A stretch of 64,000 bases of DNA from a virus (Duplodnaviria; Caudoviricetes): the IMG/VR virus record IMGVR_UViG_3300033121_001133, positions 32,001 through 96,000 of that record; one strand, written 5' to 3'. Below the pieces are notes generated by a model, which had not been told where the DNA came from, searched no databases, and saw only the letters and a program-made list of their open reading frames with translations. Every line of letters starts with the position of its first letter. Position 1 is the stretch's first letter. Of the stretch, positions 55,943 through 64,000 are shown piece after piece. Made by a program: the position numbers and the translations under genes.

Positions 55943-57799
55943 ATGGAATTATCCAGCCGAATTTTAAGCGATATCACTGTCTTTGCTAAGTATGCCCGCT
56001 ACATTCCCGAGCTAAATAGGCGGGAGACGTGGGATGAGATTGTCTCTAGAAACATGGATATGCATATCAAGCGATATCCTCAGCTAGCTGATGAGATTAG
56101 GCAGGTTTACAGGTTTGTGTATGATAGGAAGGTTCTTCCTTCTATGAGGTCTATGCAATTTGCTGGTAAGCCAATTGAGATTGCCCCTAGTAGGATTTTT
56201 AATTGTGCGTTTGCTCCAGTTGACCATATTAGGGCGTTTAGTGAAATCATGTTCCTACTATTGGGAGGAACAGGTGTAGGGTTTTCAGTACAAAAGCACC
56301 ACATAGAAAATCTACCGGACATCCACAAGCCAACTCCAGGCAAGACTCGACGCTATCTAATCGGTGATAGTATTGAGGGCTGGGCTGATGCTGTTAAGGT
56401 GCTAATCAAGAGCTATTTCTCAGGTGGTCCTAAGATCAACTTCGACTTCTCGGACATTCGACCAAAAGGAGCTCGACTGATCACCTCTGGAGGAAAGGCT
56501 CCTGGCCCTCAGCCTCTTAAGGAATGTTTAGTTAAGATCCAGGGTATTCTGGATACTAAGCAGGATGGGGATAAGTTAAAGTCAATTGAGGTGCATGATA
56601 TCATCTGCCATATTGCTGATGCTGTATTAGCTGGGGGTATTCGTCGTGCCGCTTTGATCAGCCTATTCAGTGCCGATGACGAGGAGATGATAGCGTGTAA
56701 GGCAGGAAATTGGTGGGAAACCAATCCTCAAAGGGGGCGAGCTAACAATTCAGCAGTACTCGTCAGACATAGGCTAACTAAGGGCTTTTTTATGAAGCTG
56801 TGGGAGCGAATTGAGCTGTCTGGTGCCGGGGAGCCTGGAATCTACCTAACCAACAATCAGCAATGGGGAACTAACCCCTGCGCGGAGATTGCTCTGAGGC
56901 CCTATCAATTCTGCAATCTATGTGAGGTCAATGTTAGTGATCTAATCTCTCAAGAGGACTTTGAGCAGCGAGTTAGAGCAGCAGCTTTTATTGGAACTTT
57001 GCAGGCAGGATATACCAATTTCCATTACCTGCGTGAGGTGTGGAAACACACTACAGAAAAGGATGCTCTAATCGGAGTGTCAATGACCGGTATTGGGTCT
57101 GGAGTGGTGCTGAATTACGATATGGAAGCGGCCGCTAAGGTCGTGGTGGAAGAGAACGCTCGCGTGGCTGATCTAATTGGTATCAATCGAGCAGCTAGAA
57201 CTACTACAGTTAAGCCGGCCGGCACCACCTCCCTAACTTTAGGCACCTCCTCAGGAATCCACGCGTGGCACAACGATTATTACGTTCGCAGGCTAAGACT
57301 GGGCAAGAATGAGGCAGTCTACACCTACTTGTCCATCTACCACCCTGAACTACTAGAAGATGACTTCTTCCGTCCGCACGATACCGCAATCGCGTCAATT
57401 CCTCAAAAGGCTCCGGAAGGAGCGATTCTGAGATCGGAATCCCCTCTAGATCTCCTGGAACGAGTTAAAACTGTGTATGAGAAGTGGATCGTTCCAGGGC
57501 ATGTCGACGGAAGCAATACTCACAACGTTTCAGCCACAATCAGCTTAAAGCCGGAGGATTGGGAGCCTGTAGGGCAGTGGATGTGGGAGAATCGGGATAA
57601 GTATAATGGTTTGTCGGTATTGCCGTACAGCGATTCGACCTATGTTCAGATGCCCTTTACCGACTGCACAAAGGAGGAGTACGAGAGGTTGAATGCTACT
57701 TTGAAAGAGGTAGATTTATCAAAGGTAGTTGAGATAGATGATAACACAGAGCTCAAGGAAAATCTAGCATGTGCTGGATCGAGCTGCGAGATTAAATGA
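55943..57799 (+). CDS. nrdJ: Class II (B12-dependent) ribonucleotide reductase
   Basis: FNC, GTNPCAEI, CNLCE, VKPAGT, C-terminal CAGSSC. No small subunit nearby. Confidence 0.92.
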   Translation: MELSSRILSDITVFAKYARYIPELNRRETWDEIVSRNMDMHIKRYPQLADEIRQVYRFVYDRKVLPSMRSMQFAGKPIEIAPSRIFNCAFAPVDHIRAFSEIMFLLLGGTGVGFSVQKHHIENLPDIHKPTPGKTRRYLIGDSIEGWADAVKVLIKSYFSGGPKINFDFSDIRPKGARLITSGGKAPGPQPLKECLVKIQGILDTKQDGDKLKSIEVHDIICHIADAVLAGGIRRAALISLFSADDEEMIACKAGNWWETNPQRGRANNSAVLVRHRLTKGFFMKLWERIELSGAGEPGIYLTNNQQWGTNPCAEIALRPYQFCNLCEVNVSDLISQEDFEQRVRAAAFIGTLQAGYTNFHYLREVWKHTTEKDALIGVSMTGIGSGVVLNYDMEAAAKVVVEENARVADLIGINRAARTTTVKPAGTTSLTLGTSSGIHAWHNDYYVRRLRLGKNEAVYTYLSIYHPELLEDDFFRPHDTAIASIPQKAPEGAILRSESPLDLLERVKTVYEKWIVPGHVDGSNTHNVSATISLKPEDWEPVGQWMWENRDKYNGLSVLPYSDSTYVQMPFTDCTKEEYERLNATLKEVDLSKVVEIDDNTELKENLACAGSSCEIK

Positions 57800-57800
57800 T

Positions 57801-58643
57801 ATGGCTATGTTAGTACAAGGATCACAGGGAAGTAAGGTTATTAAGGTCCAGCAGAGGCTTGGCATACGAGCAGATGGGGATTATGGTCCTCAAACTAAGG
57901 CTACGGTCAAGGCCTGGCAGAAAGCTAATGGGCTACCTCCCACAGGAGTGGTGGATTCAGATACCTGGAATAGGATGTTTGATAGTGTTGCGGACGTGGA
58001 GGTTACACCACAAGCAGCGCCTCCAACGCAGCCTGAGGCAGTCCCGCAGACTCGGACCTTTGACATTATTTTCAAGGACCATCTTCCACCATCCGTAATT
58101 GCAGAGTTGTCTACTATTGTGAAGTTAGGAGGTGATACTAATCTCAAAATGGCACACTTCCTTGCTCAATGTGCACACGAGTCAGGAGACTTCAAGCTAG
58201 TTCAGGAGAATCTGAAATACTCGGCTGCTAGATTGCAGCAAATCTTCCCGAAGTACTTCCCTGGAGACCTTGAAGCTGAGTATGCTGGTAAGCCTGAGAA
58301 GATTGCTTCGCGGGTTTATGCTGATCGATTGGGTAATGGTAACGAGGCTTCGGGAGATGGGTGGAAGTACCGAGGTAGGGGCTATATTCAACTGACTGGC
58401 AAGTCAAACTACCAGGCATTCAGCGCGTTTATTGGAGAGGACTGTGTAGCTAATCCTGACTTAGTTGCAACTAAATACCCACTAGCATCGGCAGGATTCT
58501 TCTTTCAGAGGAACGACTTGTGGGATTTGTGTCTAGATAGATCAGACGCGACTGTTGAGAAAATCACACGAAAGGTTAACGGAGGGACTCACGGTCTGGA
58601 GGATAGGATTGCGAAGTTCCGACACTTCAATTCCTTGCTATGA
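57801..58643 (+). CDS. Endolysin: peptidoglycan-binding domain + GH19 catalytic domain
   Basis: DGDYGPQT..VKAWQ, FLAQCAHES, YRGRGYIQLTG, VNGG.HGL.DR. Confidence 0.92.
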   Translation: MAMLVQGSQGSKVIKVQQRLGIRADGDYGPQTKATVKAWQKANGLPPTGVVDSDTWNRMFDSVADVEVTPQAAPPTQPEAVPQTRTFDIIFKDHLPPSVIAELSTIVKLGGDTNLKMAHFLAQCAHESGDFKLVQENLKYSAARLQQIFPKYFPGDLEAEYAGKPEKIASRVYADRLGNGNEASGDGWKYRGRGYIQLTGKSNYQAFSAFIGEDCVANPDLVATKYPLASAGFFFQRNDLWDLCLDRSDATVEKITRKVNGGTHGLEDRIAKFRHFNSLL

Positions 58644-59065
58644 AAGTTCGATTCAAGTTGCTCAGGCCCGATGCGGTTCTTCCCCAGTATGCAAAGCCCG
58701 GTGATGCGGGAATGGATTTAGTGGCAGTTAGTATACCTACGAACACGACTTTTCAGATTACCTATGGGTTAGGACTTGCTTGTGAGATCCCTGAGGGATT
58801 TGTTGGATTGCTTTTTCCCAGATCCTCGATTAGGAATTATGAGCTGCAGTTAGCTAACTCTGTAGGAGTGATTGACTCCGGTTACCGGGGAGAGTTGCAG
58901 GTGACCTTCAATAAAACCAGTGGGTTAGGCTCTCTCTGTTACAACAGAGGAGATAAGGTGGCTCAGCTAATGATTCTACCTTTCCCTTGCATAGAGGTGG
59001 TGGTTGCTGATCAGTTGAGTATTACTGAGCGTGGCGAAGGAGGATTTGGAAGCACTGGAAGGTGA
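58640..59065 (+). CDS. dut: dUTPase
   Basis: AGMDL, PRSS, GVIDSGYRGE, RGEGGFGSTG. Confidence 0.96.
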   Translation: MKVRFKLLRPDAVLPQYAKPGDAGMDLVAVSIPTNTTFQITYGLGLACEIPEGFVGLLFPRSSIRNYELQLANSVGVIDSGYRGELQVTFNKTSGLGSLCYNRGDKVAQLMILPFPCIEVVVADQLSITERGEGGFGSTGR

Positions 59066-59077
59066 CTACTTATTACC

Positions 59078-60799
59078 ATGCGTACACTAGATCCAGAGAC
59101 TATTGAGGACATCTTACTGGAGTGGAGTTATAGACTTCCCAATGGAATCCCCACCATTGGTGAGGGTGTGATAGGTACCTTTGAGGAGGTGGAGTTACTA
59201 AACCAGATTCTACAGGAGAGGGGTTTAGACCCGATTCCAAACAGCAATCCACCTCAACCAATCGAAGAGGCTGCAGTTTCACTTGGAAGTGATCCAACCG
59301 ACACTAAGGAGGGCCTGGTATGCCTCTTAGTTGATGCAGGGCTGACAGATCCTCAGCTTTTTCAGAGCTATAGAGCTCTGCTAGACAAGAAGCTAGATCC
59401 AAAGACACGCGCTAAAGGAAGTAAGCAGCTAGTAGATAAGCTGAAGTGGACATATAAGCGATATGGTAGTCACTACAAGTCTCCCGGTCTAGTAAATGCG
59501 GCTAGCTGGATAGAGCACACTTTGAGGGATGTTTCTAAGAAGACTGTGGATCTAGTCACATTGAATAATGCAGTAGCCGCCGCCGATGCAATTTGCCTTC
59601 GATTTGGATCACTGGCGAAGCCAGGGCACGTACATAGAGATTCCCTGTTCGGGTCGATTCGAAAAAAAGCAGTCCAGCTGATTGACTCAAACTACCAAAT
59701 CAAAGGCTACTTGCCTGACAACTGGTGTCCTGGAGATATCTACCTAATACTCAATCCAAGTGGGGTGGATGCATCACTGAAGGCTAGTTCACTAAATATA
59801 GGTGCTAAGTCTCTCAATGCTCAGTTTTACGGATCGGACAATAAGAAGGCTCCGATAGTCGCCCTATCCTTAAAGATGGAGAGTGCGCAGGGTGGAAAGG
59901 GGACTACCTTCCTAAAGACTGTGATAGTGCAGGGAGTCTCCAAAGAGGAGATGGTAGGGGGTGCAGCAGAAACCAAATCGTTAATCCTATTCCGCAACGT
60001 TAAGAGGCACCTAACCAAGTATTATCTGCAGTCTGATGCTTGGAGGAAGAGCGATCTGATACTAGATAAGGTGCGAAAGTCGTTGATTGCACTGAAGTTG
60101 CCAGATGCACCAACCAAACCTACGGAGATAGCGAAGCTTAAGGTATACCTCAAGAATAACAAGGATGCGATTACACAGGCAATTACAAAAATTGACCGTA
60201 AGCTGTCAGGGTCCCTAAACGTGGTCTCCACGTTTCAGCAGGCATACACCAACTTCATTAACAACCTAAAGTCGAAGAACATCACTAAGATCAAGGGTAA
60301 TGCTTTAGACTTCATCAAATCAATCGAGCAGGCTAACCGTCAGGCCAATGGTGGAAAGCTGAACTTGGTGCAGTATAATGAGATGTTAGCACAAAAGGCT
60401 GCCACCTACAAGCTAGCGTCTTCCCTAATGGAGAAGTGGACCGATAAGACCAAGAAAGTCTCTCCTGCATTTGCAGAGCACCTGAAGAAGGTTAAGAATC
60501 CCTTCGTAGCAATCACCTTATATGCTATTGCTCAGCACGGCCTTAATCCTAACTTCTTTAAGGTGGTGGGTAAGGATAGTGGTGCTACAGGTAGCTTGGA
60601 TGAGTTCCCATCAAACTCTCAAGTTGATGAGACTATGTCCGCAGACTCCTTGGAGATTAAAGACTCTCCAAGTAGAGCTGGGTTCAACATTGAGTACATG
60701 CTGAATATCAACAGTCACGTCTACAAGACCACTTTATCTTTCCGATTTGCTAGCTCAACGATCCGCGTAGAGGTTAATCGATTGGAGCGTGTTGGTTGA
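59078..60799 (+). CDS. Hypothetical late protein, possible PD-(D/E)xK nuclease-like core
   Basis: TACTTAT at 59067, ILLEWSYR leader, WCPGDIY...LSLK. Confidence 0.55.
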   Translation: MRTLDPETIEDILLEWSYRLPNGIPTIGEGVIGTFEEVELLNQILQERGLDPIPNSNPPQPIEEAAVSLGSDPTDTKEGLVCLLVDAGLTDPQLFQSYRALLDKKLDPKTRAKGSKQLVDKLKWTYKRYGSHYKSPGLVNAASWIEHTLRDVSKKTVDLVTLNNAVAAADAICLRFGSLAKPGHVHRDSLFGSIRKKAVQLIDSNYQIKGYLPDNWCPGDIYLILNPSGVDASLKASSLNIGAKSLNAQFYGSDNKKAPIVALSLKMESAQGGKGTTFLKTVIVQGVSKEEMVGGAAETKSLILFRNVKRHLTKYYLQSDAWRKSDLILDKVRKSLIALKLPDAPTKPTEIAKLKVYLKNNKDAITQAITKIDRKLSGSLNVVSTFQQAYTNFINNLKSKNITKIKGNALDFIKSIEQANRQANGGKLNLVQYNEMLAQKAATYKLASSLMEKWTDKTKKVSPAFAEHLKKVKNPFVAITLYAIAQHGLNPNFFKVVGKDSGATGSLDEFPSNSQVDETMSADSLEIKDSPSRAGFNIEYMLNINSHVYKTTLSFRFASSTIRVEVNRLERVG

Positions 60800-60820
60800 T
60801 TGAAAGGAGATTGTTATATT
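60792..60820 (+). promoter_or_regulatory. Early promoter TTGGTT-N17-TATATT
   Basis: Shared motif class. ATG lies 7 nt downstream. Confidence 0.55.
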
Positions 60821-60827
60821 AGGTGAA

Positions 60828-61118
60828 ATGTATTACCCCACAGTAGCCTTTGAAGGAGGAGTTTACCAGGTGCTTAGAGTATTCCGAGAGCACAAGGACT
60901 TCCCCACTCAGGATATGAGAGAGTACTTAGGAGTATGCGATAAGGTGCTGAGGTTACACGGCAAGTTATACTTCTGCCGCTCGATACCAGAGGTCGAATT
61001 TGAAGAGATTCAGCAAGATGAGCAAGTTCAATTGGTGGAGGAGGGGACACAAGGCCAGACCGAAGTTAACCCCAGCCCAGCTGAAGAAGGGCAGATCCAA
61101 GCTACTGCAGCAGATTGA
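60828..61118 (+). CDS. Hypothetical protein
   Basis: 96 aa ORF after the promoter. Confidence 0.6.
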   Translation: MYYPTVAFEGGVYQVLRVFREHKDFPTQDMREYLGVCDKVLRLHGKLYFCRSIPEVEFEEIQQDEQVQLVEEGTQGQTEVNPSPAEEGQIQATAAD

Positions 61119-61455
61119 GCATGGGGACTTTGAGCTGAGTCCTTATCGCCAGCTAGCTGAGCGCGAGCTTGAAATTGCAGTGCAGCGGAAGGATCAGATA
61201 ACAGCTGGATGGAAGGGAGGTCAGGATAGCTTAAAAGAAAAGCTGTCAGAGGTTGACTTTCTAACTCAGAAGAGGTATAATAGATTGTATGAAGATTTTC
61301 ACACCCAAGAGCAGCGAATGCTAGAGGAGCTTAGGCGTCGATTGATCTCCGAATTCAAGGTTGATATCTGGGATCAAGTCCTACAAGAGCGAGAAGATTT
61401 AAGTACAGTTGAGTTCTATCATAAATACAAGCAATATGCAACACAAGCAGCCTGA
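61018..61455 (+). CDS. Hypothetical protein
   Basis: MSKFNWWRR start, helical. Confidence 0.6.
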   Translation: MSKFNWWRRGHKARPKLTPAQLKKGRSKLLQQIEHGDFELSPYRQLAERELEIAVQRKDQITAGWKGGQDSLKEKLSEVDFLTQKRYNRLYEDFHTQEQRMLEELRRRLISEFKVDIWDQVLQEREDLSTVEFYHKYKQYATQAA

Positions 61456-61600
61456 TCCAAAAGCCCACAAAGTGCTTAGTTTCGTCAAGTCCGGAATTCG
61501 TATTATTGGATGCGCCGTCCTCTCAACGGGAAACCTACCAGCTGCCGCCGGGGCATTCACTCTAGCAGAGGTTGTTGGGATTGTGGAGGAATTGGTGTAA
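61436..61600 (+). CDS. Small membrane protein
   Basis: SFVKSGIRIIG...AEVVGIVEELV. Confidence 0.55.
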   Translation: MQHKQPDPKAHKVLSFVKSGIRIIGCAVLSTGNLPAAAGAFTLAEVVGIVEELV

Positions 61601-61618
61601 GTTTAATATAGTGCATTC

Positions 61619-61849
61619 ATGGATCAGAAAGATATTGACCGGGTACTAGACGTACATAAGGAGTCGCTGAGCAATATGCGGCCAAGTGGTTGCTATGACC
61701 CTGTACTTGGAAATTGTCTGGACATTGCCGGTTTGAGAATCCCTCAGGGGATGTTTCCTACTCAGTACTCTACTATTATGCAAGCGTTTAACGAGATTTT
61801 GGATGAACTCTACGTGCACAAGATCTCACTACAAAAGCCACAGCAGTAA
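61619..61849 (+). CDS. Hypothetical protein
   Basis: 76 aa ORF filling the gap before queE. Confidence 0.5.
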   Translation: MDQKDIDRVLDVHKESLSNMRPSGCYDPVLGNCLDIAGLRIPQGMFPTQYSTIMQAFNEILDELYVHKISLQKPQQ

Positions 61850-62608
61850 ATGCCCCATACACTAATACAACAATGCCCCACCTTTAGTAAAAAGGTATCA
61901 GGTGAGGATAAGCTAGCAATAGCTGAAATGTTCTGTGATACCATTCAAGGAGAGGGTGTCCATGCCGGGTTGCCAGCAACCTTTGTCAGGCTACAAGGAT
62001 GCACTTTGAAGTGTGTCTGGTGCGATACACTGACAGTGTGGCCGTACGGCAATGAGTACTCGTTTGATGAGATCTTTGCATTGTGGGAGGGAGTGGGGTT
62101 GATCAAGAGGCTGGATGAAGGTCAGCACCTAATCCTAACTGGGGGTTCACCACTCAAACAGGAGCAGCGACTGATTCAGTTCATCAACGCGTTCATCAAG
62201 AGATATCACTTCAAGCCTTATATTGAGGTAGAGAATGAAGCTGTGTTAATGCCATCAGCGGAGCTTGAGAAACTTGTGGATTGGTGGAACAACTCACCGA
62301 AGCTGTCTAACTCGGGAATGAAATCCAGGGTTAGGATCAAGCCTGAGGTGATAGATTACATGGCTGCACTACCTAATAGCTCGTTCAAGTTCGTAGTGTC
62401 AGCTCCTCAGGACTGGGATGAGATTGTTAAGGATTACATTGAGCCCTTCTCAATTAGCAAGGATCAGATCATCCTTATGCCTGAGGGTCAGACTCAGGCT
62501 GAGCTTCAGGTTAGTAGACCAGTAGCAGCTCAGATGGCAATTGAGCATCAGGTTAGATTCACTGACCGTCTACACGTGACCATTTGGGATAAAAAGACAG
62601 GCGTCTGA
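61850..62608 (+). CDS. queE: 7-carboxy-7-deazaguanine synthase (radical SAM)
   Basis: EMF.TIQGEG, FVRLQGCTLKCVWCDT, LTGG.P, SPK, RLH. Confidence 0.9.
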   Translation: MPHTLIQQCPTFSKKVSGEDKLAIAEMFCDTIQGEGVHAGLPATFVRLQGCTLKCVWCDTLTVWPYGNEYSFDEIFALWEGVGLIKRLDEGQHLILTGGSPLKQEQRLIQFINAFIKRYHFKPYIEVENEAVLMPSAELEKLVDWWNNSPKLSNSGMKSRVRIKPEVIDYMAALPNSSFKFVVSAPQDWDEIVKDYIEPFSISKDQIILMPEGQTQAELQVSRPVAAQMAIEHQVRFTDRLHVTIWDKKTGV

Positions 62609-62647
62609 TAGTAAGACTGGCGTAGTCAACTTGAGCAATATCACCCT

Positions 62648-62923
62648 ATGAGTAGTACGTATTTTCGAATCAAGGTTGTCTACTATGTAGACGGCTCTGT
62701 TTATGGGTTCAGGATAAAGTACAAGTTGCATCCATTTCAGCTGTTTTGGAGTTACTTTAAGGAGTACCATCCTCATGGCAACGCTCTGTCCCCCAAAACA
62801 TTTGCAAGCCTTAAGACTGCAAATGAGTGGGCATCTAGTATCAAGTCCAGAGCGGACTTGGAGCATTTGATAAACGAGCACTCTAAGTTGGTGATTCGCG
62901 AATACCGAGGAGGTTCAAATTAA
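62648..62923 (+). CDS. Hypothetical protein
   Basis: 91 aa ORF. Confidence 0.5.
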   Translation: MSSTYFRIKVVYYVDGSVYGFRIKYKLHPFQLFWSYFKEYHPHGNALSPKTFASLKTANEWASSIKSRADLEHLINEHSKLVIREYRGGSN

Positions 62924-62931
62924 CTAGGTGA

Positions 62932-63165
62932 ATGAGGATTAAAGTTAAGCACTACTCCACTGAGATTGTAGTCGATGAGGCCGTTGATTCTGGTATGATT
63001 GGTCAGTATGGCTCAAGCTATCCGACTAAAATTAGATTCACAGACGACCATCCCTATGTGATAAAGACATTAGAGAAGATGGTCGAGCAGCTAATCAAAA
63101 TAAGGCAGTCAGATGACAGATCCCAACAACCTCAAGCGCAGCAATCTAGGCAAGACGTTTCTTAG
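62932..63165 (+). CDS. Hypothetical protein
   Basis: 77 aa ORF. Confidence 0.5.
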   Translation: MRIKVKHYSTEIVVDEAVDSGMIGQYGSSYPTKIRFTDDHPYVIKTLEKMVEQLIKIRQSDDRSQQPQAQQSRQDVS

Positions 63166-63234
63166 CTTAGGATGGGATTTTATTCCCAAGAGACTAATCA
63201 CAGTCGATTTTGTAGACAACAACCCAATTAAAAA

Positions 63235-63708
63235 ATGAGATACATAAGTACCAAAATCTTTGATAACTATTCGGTGGCGATTAGACAGTGGAAGGCACAA
63301 CACTCTCACTGCTCGAAGCTGCATGGCTATGCGTTTAAGTTCAAGGTCTGGTTTGCTTCGGTGGAGCCTGAAATTGACAAGCAGCTGGATGACATGAACT
63401 GGGTTCAGGACTTTGGGGGCTTCAAGACTGCGCCTCAAGGCAACGGTCTAAAAGACTGGATGGACCACATGTGGGATCACACTACTCTAATCCAGAAGGA
63501 CGATCCCTATGCTGACATCTTTGTGCAGATGGAACAGATGGGGTTGTGTAAGCTTCACTTACTAGACAAGATGGGAGCTGAGAGCTGTGCTAAGTTGGTG
63601 TTTGACAAGTTTAACGACGTCTTATCAAAGACTGATGCTGGTCGCTGCAAGGTGATTAAGGTGGAGTGCTTTGAGAATGACAACAACAGCTCAATCTATG
63701 AAGAGTAA
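63235..63708 (+). CDS. queD: 6-carboxytetrahydropterin synthase
   Basis: HCSKLHGY, WVQDFG, WDH, GAE, VECFE. Confidence 0.85.
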   Translation: MRYISTKIFDNYSVAIRQWKAQHSHCSKLHGYAFKFKVWFASVEPEIDKQLDDMNWVQDFGGFKTAPQGNGLKDWMDHMWDHTTLIQKDDPYADIFVQMEQMGLCKLHLLDKMGAESCAKLVFDKFNDVLSKTDAGRCKVIKVECFENDNNSSIYEE

Positions 63709-63777
63709 TTTTTGGACCTACAGCACCTCCTGGGGCGATCTAAGCTTTCAGTACGTGTACACACCAACTGTCCAACT

Positions 63778-63933
63778 ATGTGGTCTGTACTAACAATACT
63801 AGCAATTGTGGTAGCGGTTGCTGCTTTAGAGGTTGCCTTGCCGCTGCTTATAGCCTACTTTACCGGAGGGGGACATTCTGATGAGAGCATGCACACTCTG
63901 GACGATGACCCCGACGATTTAACTACACCATAA
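63778..63933 (+). CDS. Small membrane protein
   Basis: N-terminal hydrophobic helix and acidic tail. Confidence 0.4.
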   Translation: MWSVLTILAIVVAVAALEVALPLLIAYFTGGGHSDESMHTLDDDPDDLTTP

Positions 63934-64000
63934 GAACGTGCACGAGTTGTTTCATGTGATAGGAGCTTGTCACGATAGTACAGCTCACGCGGATTTGCTA

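Noticed and set aside
1-64000. Alternative genetic code (stop reassignment)
   Set aside because: TAA, TAG and TGA all end conserved genes at expected positions, and coding density is high under code 11.

Overview
This 64 kb window is part of a large, lytic, T4-like myovirus genome. Nearly all genes are on the + strand and the standard genetic code applies. The host is probably Bacteroidota, judged from the scarcity of Shine-Dalgarno motifs, TTG-N20-TAnnnT promoters and a Gln+1 signal peptide. It carries a T4-type head, neck, contractile tail and baseplate module (TerL, portal, protease, scaffold, major capsid protein, gp13/14/15, sheath, tube, tape measure, fibres). The replication set is not T4-like overall: a short family-A polymerase, a T7-type endonuclease I, a fused Mre11-Rad50, primase, gp32, RecA, 5'-3' exonuclease and DnaB. 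It also has class II ribonucleotide reductase, dUTPase, a GH19 endolysin and QueE/QueD. Main observations: (1) terL is fractured by an atypically split intein (33 aa + 108 aa) with a free-standing endonuclease between the halves; (2) PhoH carries an Ala1 class-3 intein; (3) a T7 slippery site probably joins the gp26-like and gp51-like tail chaperone ORFs; (4) scattered late-promoter genes share a basic amphipathic leader and hydrophobic-X-Glu protease sites, suggesting capsid-packaged cargo, including a HIGH-nucleotidyltransferase/RNA-ligase-like fusion; (5) there are two promoter classes, and the late one (TATTTATA) is the reverse complement of the T4 late promoter. All assignments come from reading motifs by eye; no searches were run.
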